DNA of 64,000 bases from a phage, in sequence record PZ386974.1, one strand, 5' to 3'. Below, piece after piece: positions 33,712-42,233 of this stretch (the stretch's first letter is position 1; each line of letters begins with the position of its first letter). Under the pieces are notes generated by a model, which was given only the letters and a program-made list of their open reading frames with translations, was not told the origin of the DNA and ran no database searches. The translations under genes and the position numbers were made by a program.

Positions 33712-33736
33712 TGTTTTGTGAGAAAAATGCACAAAA

Positions 33737-33752
33737 GGGAGCCGAAGCTCCC
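33737..33752 (-). terminator. intrinsic terminator GGGAGC-CGAA-GCUCCC plus U-run
   Basis: Downstream of gene 52 stop; A4 on plus strand left of stem gives the U-run on the transcript. Confidence 0.6.
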
Positions 33753-33828
33753 TAATCATGTTTGTCCAACCAATACAGCCAAATCACTAGTACAGCTATT
33801 GCACCGAGAAATCCTAAGGCTAGGGCAC

Positions 33829-35154
33829 TCAAAGTGCCTCCAAGTCTTTAGTGTACTCGGTCACAACATCAGTAGACTTCCAATACTCATTTTCTTCTTT
33901 CTTAGCTTTAGCTTCTTCTGCTAGTTTACGTGCTTCGTCGGAAGTGATATGGAAGATGTTAAGACCTACCAGTTTATCGACATGTTCTTTATACATTTCG
34001 ATTTGTGCTAGCTCTTCAGTCAAAGCTTTACGAGTCTTGCCCTGAATCACAATTTCACCTGTAATAACTTTTTTGATGAAGTGTGCCTTAGCAAAAGCCA
34101 GTTTAAATGCTTTTTCAGATTCAAGGATTTTGTTGTCAATACGTTTCTGAACGTAAGTCTTACGGACTTCAACAAAATCTTTGATTAAGTCCACTACGTT
34201 ATCGTAGACAGCTAATTTACCCTTTTCATTAATCACTGTGATGTTTTGAGAACGGCGTTCGATGAGACTAAAATCTTTCATGATTTTTTCATGACGTAGC
34301 TCTTCATCATCAGGAAGCGAGTACTCTTTACGGAACTTCACTTTAAACCCAAAGCCGTGTTCACCACAATCATCTTCCCAAGAGATTAGACCTTTGTCTT
34401 CCAACGGGTCAAGAACCTTACTCACATACGTTTCACGGTCGAATTTATATGGGATTTCAGTTATCTGCATTTGAGTGCGAGATGTGAACTTATATGTTCC
34501 GTGAATCTCATAACGCCCATCAACTTCATGTACTTCACCACGGAATTCCGGGAATTCAACTTTTGGCTTAGTGACATTTTTACCTTGAAGAGCTTGTAAT
34601 ACAGCCTTTTTGACTGATTTAAAACTATGAGGCAGAATATTTGTTGCGTAACCGGTTGCAATACCAGAAACACCATTCAAAAGAACTGTCGGAATAATAG
34701 GAAGATAGAATTTTGGTGGAATGTGTTCTTTATCTTCATGAGCTGGAGCATATTCAGTATCTTTATATACGTTATAGAAATTTTTACTTACACGAGCAAA
34801 AATATAACGAGATGCTGCAGCTTTTTGGACTGTTCTAGAACCAAAGTTGCCTTGGCCATCTAACAGTGGATAGTTGTTGTTCCATGTGTTAGCCATCAAT
34901 GCACCTGCATCTTGTGCAGAAGATTCACCATGGTGATAACCTAAATCTGCAACACCACCTGCAATTGACGCAAGTTTATGAAATTTTTCTTTATTACCAC
35001 GAGCCAAATCTAACGCACGATGAACCACAAAACGTTGAACCGGCTTAAATCCATCAATCATGTTTGGGATTGCACGGTTTTCAACGGTGTACATCGCATA
35101 TGCTAAGGCTTCGTTATCAATAATACTTTTTAGATTACGAGAATTCAATTGCAT
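33829..35154 (-). CDS. 52: DNA topoisomerase II medium subunit gp52
   Basis: 441 aa; GyrA-like cleavage/religation core (active-site Tyr region); matches T4 gp52; ATG start. Confidence 0.93.
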   Translation of the reverse strand: MQLNSRNLKSIIDNEALAYAMYTVENRAIPNMIDGFKPVQRFVVHRALDLARGNKEKFHKLASIAGGVADLGYHHGESSAQDAGALMANTWNNNYPLLDGQGNFGSRTVQKAAASRYIFARVSKNFYNVYKDTEYAPAHEDKEHIPPKFYLPIIPTVLLNGVSGIATGYATNILPHSFKSVKKAVLQALQGKNVTKPKVEFPEFRGEVHEVDGRYEIHGTYKFTSRTQMQITEIPYKFDRETYVSKVLDPLEDKGLISWEDDCGEHGFGFKVKFRKEYSLPDDEELRHEKIMKDFSLIERRSQNITVINEKGKLAVYDNVVDLIKDFVEVRKTYVQKRIDNKILESEKAFKLAFAKAHFIKKVITGEIVIQGKTRKALTEELAQIEMYKEHVDKLVGLNIFHITSDEARKLAEEAKAKKEENEYWKSTDVVTEYTKDLEAL

Positions 35155-35158
35155 ATTT

Positions 35159-35299
35159 TCACCATATTAATGAACGAATAGCCATTATAACATCTGAAAT
35201 GAAAAGCACTACTTTGATTAGTCCAAACATCACACCATAGTACAGAACCGTAAGCAACAACAAGAGCCCGAAGGCTCCTGCTAAGATTTTCTTAATCAT
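35159..35299 (-). CDS. small hydrophobic protein (46 aa)
   Basis: Own translation MIKKILAGAFGLLLLLTVLYYGVMFGLIKVVLFISDVIMAIRSLIW; TAATG coupling to upstream ORF; TGA 4 nt before gene 52 ATG. Confidence 0.35.
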   Translation of the reverse strand: MIKKILAGAFGLLLLLTVLYYGVMFGLIKVVLFISDVIMAIRSLIW

Positions 35300-35445
35300 T
35301 ACTCGCCTTTTAATACGTTAAGAAGAGCTAAGACCGCTAAGGTACCTTGTGATACGGCCTGTTGAAATACTGTTGTTTCACCTGTAACTAAAGTGTTAAC
35401 GAATAAAAACGACCAACACAGCAATGCAATAATCCATGCTACCAT
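35299..35445 (-). CDS. small hydrophobic protein (48 aa)
   Basis: Own translation MVAWIIALLCWSFLFVNTLVTGETTVFQQAVSQGTLAVLALLNVLKGE; in the 52-ndd interval where T4 has ac and stp. Confidence 0.35.
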   Translation of the reverse strand: MVAWIIALLCWSFLFVNTLVTGETTVFQQAVSQGTLAVLALLNVLKGE

Positions 35446-35497
35446 TTTAATTACCTCAAAAATAAATTAAAGGCCTATTAAGCTAGGCCCGTATAAA

Positions 35498-35944
35498 TTA
35501 GTAACTCTGCAGAATGAATTTGAAATTATCTGCCAGAAGACGGTTCATTTCAGTGAGTGTTTGATATTCTGATGTATGGTTGCGAGTGAATGCCAGAGCC
35601 AATTGTCCTTTACCATAACCAGTAGTCAGTGGTTTCATGTTCTTAGCTGCAACAAAGATTACATCATATTCAATATTGTTAGTGCCCATGGTACGGGCTA
35701 GTTGCGAACGGCCTTGACGAATGTGAGAAAGAATTGCATCCAACCCTTGTTTAGAACGTTGACGTCCTACAAAGAATCGTGCTGCTACTTGTCGCCAATC
35801 AGATGAACCTTTAACAAAGAAGTAAAAACCTTCGCGAGAACGAAACTCTTTAGAAACTTCAGAACCGTATTCGCCATTACGAACTACTGCAACAACTTCA
35901 CCACCAACTGCCAGAAGGTCTTTACGAGTTAAATATTTGGACAT
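35498..35944 (-). CDS. ndd: nucleoid disruption protein Ndd
   Basis: 148 aa; position downstream of rIIB/denB and C-terminal ...[12 protein letters not shown] resemble T4 Ndd as recalled. Confidence 0.55.
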   Translation of the reverse strand: MSKYLTRKDLLAVGGEVVAVVRNGEYGSEVSKEFRSREGFYFFVKGSSDWRQVAARFFVGRQRSKQGLDAILSHIRQGRSQLARTMGTNNIEYDVIFVAAKNMKPLTTGYGKGQLALAFTRNHTSEYQTLTEMNRLLADNFKFILQSY

Positions 35945-35988
35945 GCTAATTTCCTCAATTGATTAATGTTTTTGTAATCCATGAGAGC

Positions 35989-36018
35989 ATTATACTCTGC
36001 TCTCAAGAGTTTGTACAA
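35989..36018 (-). promoter_or_regulatory. sigma70-type early promoter for ndd (-35 TTGTAC, 18 bp, -10 TATAAT)
   Basis: Near-identical to the 7618..7647 element including hairpin gagagca/tgctctc around the -10. Confidence 0.5.
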
Positions 36019-36020
36019 TT

Positions 36021-36221
36021 TTATTCGGCTATATCAGAACGTTCAAAAAGCTCTTCAACAGTTAAACATTCAGTGTCATCTTCAATAAAGAATCGAGTCC
36101 AACACGTTGGGGCGATACAGTTATGAGTTTGTCCGGCGATAGAAGCTACACGAATAAGCTGCTGACCATTATTCAGAACAAATTTTTCACCAATTTCAAC
36201 ATCTTTAAAAAGCTTAGCCAT
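36021..36221 (-). CDS. hypothetical protein (66 aa)
   Basis: ORF track. Confidence 0.45.
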   Translation of the reverse strand: MAKLFKDVEIGEKFVLNNGQQLIRVASIAGQTHNCIAPTCWTRFFIEDDTECLTVEELFERSDIAE

Positions 36222-36471
36222 TTTGTGTTCCTCGTGTTTCAGTAGGACTACTATACCATAATCCTACCTTGATGTAAACAATTAAATTACATTAAAATAT
36301 GTTAAAGCCAACCATGTTCCAGTGAACGAACATGCGATGTAAAAACCCGTATCACAAATTGTTCTTAGTACAATAAGAAGTGCATTTTTCATAAGTACCT
36401 CAATACAATTGAAAATATTATACAAATCATAGGGATACTAAGCAACCATATTCCGATCCACATTTTAGAGC

Positions 36472-36735
36472 TCATATCTCAACTTCCGCGAGTTCCATAT
36501 ATCCTTTGTTGATAACCTCTTTAAGGTCTTTAGAAAGAATAACACTAAAATGGTCGTTCATATGCCCATTAACCAGACGAGTTATTTCGGCTTCAGATGA
36601 CATATAAGGCACGTCTGAGTCCCAATGAGATAGACCCAAATGGGTATAAATCATCCCTTCGTCATCTGCAGTGTTGTACATTGAAACAAATTCGCCTGTT
36701 ACTTTATGTTTTGCGTAGAAAAATTTAAATTTCAT
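36472..36735 (-). CDS. hypothetical protein (87 aa)
   Basis: ORF track. Confidence 0.45.
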   Translation of the reverse strand: MKFKFFYAKHKVTGEFVSMYNTADDEGMIYTHLGLSHWDSDVPYMSSEAEITRLVNGHMNDHFSVILSKDLKEVINKGYMELAEVEI

Positions 36736-36803
36736 GATGTTATCCTCTTTTAGATAGGACTACTATATCATAGTCCTACTTAGTTGTAAACACTTTTATG
36801 AAA

Positions 36804-37361
36804 TTAAAGTTGAAGATACCACCCGTTGTAGTTGCTCTTGCGGACGATTTTCTTTAGGTCTTCATGGTCTCCCACAAACTTTATAGAATAAGAGAAGACG
36901 TCAGGTGAGGTTTCTTTGGCATCTAATATAATAATGCAATCTGCGACTCGATGGTTCAAGAAGGGGCCTATATTGATTCCATTACCACCCGGATAATCAC
37001 CACTGTATCCTGTGGTAACCGAAATCCATTTAGAATCCATCTGATGTGTCTTGACTTCTACACGAATTCCACAATATTTGGGATGGGCTAACACGTCCCA
37101 TGCATACGTGTACGGGTCTTCTACATCTTCAATACCTTTATTAACATATCCGTCTAGCCAATTTGCTACTACATACTCTGCAAAGACCGCAACCTTACAA
37201 CGTCGAACTACATCTTCTTTGTTTTGGTCAGGATTTTGGCTCAGGGAATACCGAGCCGTGTCAGCAATCTTCACCTTCATTTCACTAGTCAAAAACTCAT
37301 TCGACAGGATAAATGTCGGAAGATTCTTCAGTCTCAACAGTCCCAAGTTCGTCTTTACCAT
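36804..37361 (-). CDS. denB: endonuclease IV (DenB)-like
   Basis: Track ORF 36804..37424; ATG at 37361 with SD AGAGG gives 185 aa, the length of T4 DenB; lies next to rIIB as in T4. Confidence 0.5.
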   Translation of the reverse strand: MVKTNLGLLRLKNLPTFILSNEFLTSEMKVKIADTARYSLSQNPDQNKEDVVRRCKVAVFAEYVVANWLDGYVNKGIEDVEDPYTYAWDVLAHPKYCGIRVEVKTHQMDSKWISVTTGYSGDYPGGNGINIGPFLNHRVADCIIILDAKETSPDVFSYSIKFVGDHEDLKKIVRKSNYNGWYLQL

Positions 37362-37584
37362 AGATACCTCTGATGTGTAGTTCGCCAAAATAAATGCGGT
37401 CACCTTCTTCAAGATATTCTGCATCTACAGGCGGAATTTCAATAACAACTTCGTCGCATTCTAACCAGCCGTAGTGTGCATCGCCGGGATGTTTTACCAA
37501 TTTAGCACAATAAACTGATTTACACTTATGATGACCACGAAGACTAGCAATTTTGGATTCTGATACGTCAAATGGATGAATCAT
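37297..37584 (-). CDS. hypothetical protein (96 aa)
   Basis: Track ORF 37297..37635 would span the terminator hairpin; ATG at 37584 lies downstream of it; overlaps the denB start in another frame. Confidence 0.35.
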   Translation of the reverse strand: MIHPFDVSESKIASLRGHHKCKSVYCAKLVKHPGDAHYGWLECDEVVIEIPPVDAEYLEEGDRIYFGELHIRGIYGKDELGTVETEESSDIYPVE

Positions 37585-37603
37585 AATTACCCCTAAAGAA
37601 AAA

Positions 37604-37619
37604 GGGGACCGAAGTCCCC
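37604..37619 (-). terminator. intrinsic terminator GGGGAC-CGAA-GUCCCC plus U-run
   Basis: 6-bp GC stem 6 nt after rIIB stop; A5 on plus strand left of stem. Confidence 0.65.
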
Positions 37620-37624
37620 AATTA

Positions 37625-38560
37625 TTATTCTGCAAACAATTCAGTAACGTCTGAAATTACTTCATAACGACATGTACGCATCTTAGCATCACCATAGTCA
37701 ACTGGGATGGACACAACATCACGTGGATGAACTTTAACCTTAACAACTTTATCTGAGCTAGAACCAAAGTAACGAATATATGATTTAGCACAAACATGTA
37801 GACCGCGAGAACAAGTTTGTGTATCATCGTCGTTAACTCGAGTACGAGGCATTGAAACAACTTTACCTGGGGAGTTATCAAATGTACCACTATAGCAGTC
37901 TAAATAGTCCTTACGAACTACTTTCCACGCATAGAAATGACCATCTTCAGTGATTTCAATATCGTTTGCAACCAAGAAGTCGAATAAACGTTGTACAGCT
38001 TTTTCGCTTGGGTTTTCTAACAGGTTTTCAAGGAATGGCAGATAGAATTTAAAGTCTTCACCTTTTTCCATGGAATCAATAATACGGTTAACCAGCCCTG
38101 AACGAATCTCTATACCTTGATAAAATAAACTACCACCTTCAATAGTAACATTACCATCAACAAACTTAGTAATAGCTTTCTTGACGTTAATAAGTTCGAC
38201 AGCTTTACTAAGGTTTCCTGCGACCAAATTAGCTTTAATTTCTTCAAAATTTGCATGACTTGATGGGGTCGCATTGTATGCTACGCGTCCTTCAATGATT
38301 GAGATAAATTTAGATGACGCGTTCCATACGATTTCTGGACGATGTCCGCCGATAATAGGTTCATCATTTTCTGGGACCTGTTCTTCGTCTTCAAATTCAG
38401 CTGCTTTCTCTTCAGCTTTAAAATTCTTAACAATCTTACGAAGAGTATCTGTTGAAATGTCGAAGTAATCGGCAATTTCTTTACGGGTCCATTTGCCTGA
38501 TTTGACCAGGTCGTAAGCTTCTAACTGTTCTTCTTGGGACAAGCATTTGATATTGTACAT
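37625..38560 (-). CDS. rIIB: rIIB protein
   Basis: 311 aa; long conserved C-terminal block (GGSLFYQ...TQTCSRGLHVC...RTCRYEV) as in T4 rIIB. Confidence 0.9.
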   Translation of the reverse strand: MYNIKCLSQEEQLEAYDLVKSGKWTRKEIADYFDISTDTLRKIVKNFKAEEKAAEFEDEEQVPENDEPIIGGHRPEIVWNASSKFISIIEGRVAYNATPSSHANFEEIKANLVAGNLSKAVELINVKKAITKFVDGNVTIEGGSLFYQGIEIRSGLVNRIIDSMEKGEDFKFYLPFLENLLENPSEKAVQRLFDFLVANDIEITEDGHFYAWKVVRKDYLDCYSGTFDNSPGKVVSMPRTRVNDDDTQTCSRGLHVCAKSYIRYFGSSSDKVVKVKVHPRDVVSIPVDYGDAKMRTCRYEVISDVTELFAE

Positions 38561-38569
38561 AATGTTTCC

Positions 38570-40783
38570 TTATTTGGCCGCTTCCACGGCCTTCATGAAT
38601 TTAACGATTTGAGCGACCTGTTCTTTAGAAAGAGTACCACGTCGTCCCATGTATTCTGACACAATATGATAATTGGTTTCAAATTCAATAACCATTTTAT
38701 CATCATTATCGTAAGCATTATCTTTAAGCTTATCGAAAATTTTAGCACACAATTCTAACTTCTTATTCAGATCTCTGTTAGTAGCACCTGAGAATCGATT
38801 CCATCCCCAACGATTATTTACTGTTGAAAGTTTTGCAAAATCTTTACTGATTTCTTTGTTCTTAGAGCTAAAATACTTACTAAGGAAGTTGAGCTCTTCA
38901 TTACGAGTAATATGATTCAAATAAGGCTGTGCTCTACGACTTGGTGATACATACTCATCATAATCTACTTTATCGATTAGCATAATATAGTCATTAATTG
39001 ATTTTTCAAACAAACATTCTACTTCACCAAGTTTACGAACTTTCTTAGCAATCTGTGGACGGACTACAGTGAACTCTTTAATACCTGACAAATCAGCAAT
39101 ACGGGTCAAGAAATTGGAGTCATAGTTCAACCAACCTTTATCTGCGTCAAGACATTCAGCATTAGAACGATTACGAACTATAGCATAACCTTGGATTTCA
39201 TCAGCTTCACTCGCCGGAATAAAGAGATCTTCTGATACCCAAACATCGTTTTCATTCTTAAAGAACCGATGAGCACTCGGGGATTTAGGACGAGGCCCAT
39301 TAGAACGAGTCTTGACTTCAATCCATGGCTTAACGATTTGTAAAAGCTCTGAAGTCTTGTACATGTTAATGTTGTCGCCATCAAAGATAACTTTAAGGCG
39401 TTCCAGAAGTTTCATTGCGTCTTCGTCTGTAGGGTCAACGAATAGTACGCTTTTACCAAAACCACGTGGGACTTTACCGGTTAATTTAACCTCGTCTTTA
39501 GACATTTCAATTGAATTAAGAGCTCGCATTAATGGAACACGTCCCTTAACGTCATCAATAACAATTTCAACGTTTTTAATGTTAATGCCAATCAGACTGT
39601 TAATTGAAATAGTTGCAGATGAGCTACCACTTTCACGAATACGACGAAGACGAGGGTCTTCAATGATATCGTATACGACGCCGAGATTACACCATTCGGG
39701 TCCCATTTTAAAACGTTTGTACAACTCAGAATAAGTTAGTTGTTCTTTAGAATATTTCAGAGATTCAATATTAGACCCAGCCTTTTCCATGTATTTGCGA
39801 GCGGTATAGCCAAGAGAATCAATTTCACGGAACACATGGCGCGGGTATTTACAATCAATCCATTTCTTAGAATCTTCAGCGAACAATTTAGCATCGATTT
39901 CTGCAACGCGTTTATGGATATTTGCTACTGTACGTTTATCAAATGACAATGCTTCACGAGACGGGGCTACATCTAGTTCACCCATAGGGAATTTAATATA
40001 AGCTGTAGTGCATCGCGTCATCATCCATGTTTGTTCTTTAATAACACTTCCGATTGGATATACAATACCACCATAAACAGCCATGATATTACCACGTTCA
40101 CCCCATGGAGCTTCCTTGGCCAAATATACATCGTCAAATTCAGGGAAGTATTTGATATCTTTAACACCGCGAACTTCTGCAATATCACCTAGAGGACGCA
40201 TAACATATGCAATTTCAGATGCGAACTTTTCAAAATCTTCTGGGTTAACCGGTACAACTACTTCTACACCCGTACGGTCATCAGGGCCCATCTTATCTAC
40301 GAAGGTTGGCTTAATCTGTGGACCACTGTCATCTTGATAAATTACATAACCACGAACTTCACCGTTGTGATAAGATGTAAGGTTAAACGTATCGGTATAT
40401 GCTAGTGGAGCTTTAGAGCCGAGTCCGAATCCACCAATGAAATCGTTACTCGATGTTTTAGTTGAAGCAAAATATGAGTTATAGATTCCTGGCTCTTCGT
40501 CATTACCTCGAATGGTGAAATCACTCATACCAGGACCAAAGTCTCGAACTACAAAACGCGGGTCTAAACGACCTGGAGCCTGAACAATAAACTTATCAGT
40601 GCAACCATTAAGAATTTGTCCATCGATACAGTTTGTGATTAATTCACGTACACAAGCCAATTCTTTGTTTGTATAAAGGTCATTAGACAAAATCTTATAA
40701 ACTTTGCTATTGCCTTGAATAGTAAATGCTGTGCTCTTACCGCCTGAACCAATAATCGTTTCTTTAGCCGTTTCAATAATCAT
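38570..40783 (-). CDS. rIIA: rIIA protein
   Basis: 737 aa; N-terminal GHKL-type ATPase-like region; adjacent to rIIB. Confidence 0.92.
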   Translation of the reverse strand: MIIETAKETIIGSGGKSTAFTIQGNSKVYKILSNDLYTNKELACVRELITNCIDGQILNGCTDKFIVQAPGRLDPRFVVRDFGPGMSDFTIRGNDEEPGIYNSYFASTKTSSNDFIGGFGLGSKAPLAYTDTFNLTSYHNGEVRGYVIYQDDSGPQIKPTFVDKMGPDDRTGVEVVVPVNPEDFEKFASEIAYVMRPLGDIAEVRGVKDIKYFPEFDDVYLAKEAPWGERGNIMAVYGGIVYPIGSVIKEQTWMMTRCTTAYIKFPMGELDVAPSREALSFDKRTVANIHKRVAEIDAKLFAEDSKKWIDCKYPRHVFREIDSLGYTARKYMEKAGSNIESLKYSKEQLTYSELYKRFKMGPEWCNLGVVYDIIEDPRLRRIRESGSSSATISINSLIGINIKNVEIVIDDVKGRVPLMRALNSIEMSKDEVKLTGKVPRGFGKSVLFVDPTDEDAMKLLERLKVIFDGDNINMYKTSELLQIVKPWIEVKTRSNGPRPKSPSAHRFFKNENDVWVSEDLFIPASEADEIQGYAIVRNRSNAECLDADKGWLNYDSNFLTRIADLSGIKEFTVVRPQIAKKVRKLGEVECLFEKSINDYIMLIDKVDYDEYVSPSRRAQPYLNHITRNEELNFLSKYFSSKNKEISKDFAKLSTVNNRWGWNRFSGATNRDLNKKLELCAKIFDKLKDNAYDNDDKMVIEFETNYHIVSEYMGRRGTLSKEQVAQIVKFMKAVEAAK

Positions 40784-40795
40784 ATTTTTCTCTCA

Positions 40796-40996
40796 TCACA
40801 AGTTACGTTTAAAAATTTCTGCTACTTCAAGAAGTTCTTCTTTAGTAGCTGTATCGGTTTGTATTTTATATCGAATTTCTTTAAAGCGTTCTTTAAAGGA
40901 CTCTGCTGACTCGATATCAAAAAATCTTTGGATAAGCCGGAATTCCCGGAGCACTGCTTTATCAAAAAGTTCCAAGTCCACGTTATATGTTCTCAT
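40796..40996 (-). CDS. hypothetical protein (66 aa)
   Basis: ORF track; immediately upstream of rIIA. Confidence 0.5.
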   Translation of the reverse strand: MRTYNVDLELFDKAVLREFRLIQRFFDIESAESFKERFKEIRYKIQTDTATKEELLEVAEIFKRNL

Positions 40997-41088
40997 AATA
41001 TTCTCTTCAGTAGATTCCTAGGGCACTATTACTAAAGACCATATAATCTATCATCTTATGTGTAATAGTGCCTCAGGCGATTCAGGAT

Positions 41089-42189
41089 TTACGCTGTGAA
41101 GATTTTATCCCACATCGCAACAACTGCATCTCGATTATACTTCTTCCATACTGCTTCAGCACGTTTAACTCGAGCTTCGTATGTGTCAGTGAATTCTAAT
41201 ACAGCTTTTGTGTAAAGCGCAACTACTTCTTTCTTAGGAGTAGAGGAATCAATTTCTACACGCACAGTATCTGGGTCATATTCGAATGTCGCGTGCGGAT
41301 AATCCTTAAAAACTAACTGGATTACAGGGACACCTTTAGAGATGGCTTCAATAGAACTATTCTCTACCGTACCTGTGTCAGGACACGTATTAATAAGTGC
41401 TTTAGCTGTTTTAAGACGTTCCATAATTTCACTGTGTGGAGCATCAATAATAACAGGATATTTAGCCGGTGGTGCCCATTTACTAGGACAGTATCCTACA
41501 CCATTTTCGCCTAGTGCTTTAATCGCTTCAAGAGCAACATCAGTACGACGCATTTTAGTGTCATAACGTTGTGCACTAATAATCAGATCAGTCGCCGGAA
41601 GAACTTCAGGTTTCTCATTCAAACAAATAACCGGATAATCTTCGGCTTCAAACAACGGATTTGCTCGCCAATAATCATAATCAATTTTGTCAGTCAGACC
41701 CGAAGTCATATAACAATATTTACGTTCAAATTCACGGAAGGCTTTAGTAGGAGCATAACTCTTACCACCATTCTTATGAATTTGAATAGTCTGGTCCCAA
41801 ATTTGAACAATGCCACGAGATACCGGTTCAAATGGTGTTGCCATAAAATTCTTATGAACTTTAGAGAGACCTGCGTCTTTAATTGCCTGAACGGTTAGTT
41901 TGGTCGGTTCCATTGTAACAACGAAATCATACTCATTAATGCCGGCTAGTTCAACAATCTTACGAGCCATAGTATAACTCATACCTAGACTGAATTTAGT
42001 CAGATGACCAACAGGATGATGATTAACTTTCCAATCACCAAATGTGTCATTATCAAAACCGATATAATCAATATCGGCACCGATGGACACAAGATATTTC
42101 AACACATTTAAATGTACTGCTTCAAGACCACCTTGTACACGTTCTGGGTTAAATGGGACTGCGCGAGATGGGATAAACATAACTTTCAT
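41089..42189 (-). CDS. GT-B fold glycosyltransferase (GT4-like)
   Basis: 366 aa; N-terminal MKVMFIP...GGLEAV and C-terminal E-x7-E-type motif TGTVENSSIEAISKGVPVI typical of retaining GT-B enzymes; ATG start. Confidence 0.7.
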   Translation of the reverse strand: MKVMFIPSRAVPFNPERVQGGLEAVHLNVLKYLVSIGADIDYIGFDNDTFGDWKVNHHPVGHLTKFSLGMSYTMARKIVELAGINEYDFVVTMEPTKLTVQAIKDAGLSKVHKNFMATPFEPVSRGIVQIWDQTIQIHKNGGKSYAPTKAFREFERKYCYMTSGLTDKIDYDYWRANPLFEAEDYPVICLNEKPEVLPATDLIISAQRYDTKMRRTDVALEAIKALGENGVGYCPSKWAPPAKYPVIIDAPHSEIMERLKTAKALINTCPDTGTVENSSIEAISKGVPVIQLVFKDYPHATFEYDPDTVRVEIDSSTPKKEVVALYTKAVLEFTDTYEARVKRAEAVWKKYNRDAVVAMWDKIFTA

Positions 42190-42215
42190 AATTAAGCCTT
42201 ATTAAAATTAAAATG

Positions 42216-42233
42216 AAGCTCCCGAAGGAGCTT
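42216..42233 (-). terminator. hairpin AAGCUCC-CGAA-GGAGCUU overlapping the gene 39 stop codon
   Basis: 7-bp stem, UUCG loop on transcript, between gene 39 and the glycosyltransferase gene. Confidence 0.45.

Noticed and set aside
33314-33712. Considered whether the 78-bp direct repeat marks a mobile element or attachment site
   Set aside because: No transposase or integrase and no target-site duplication; each copy is a complete promoter-leader-start unit for a different gene, so a regulatory duplication is the simpler reading
37297-37635. Track start of the 112-aa ORF at 37635
   Set aside because: That start would put the rIIB terminator hairpin inside the coding region; start moved to the ATG at 37584, and the ORF remains low confidence
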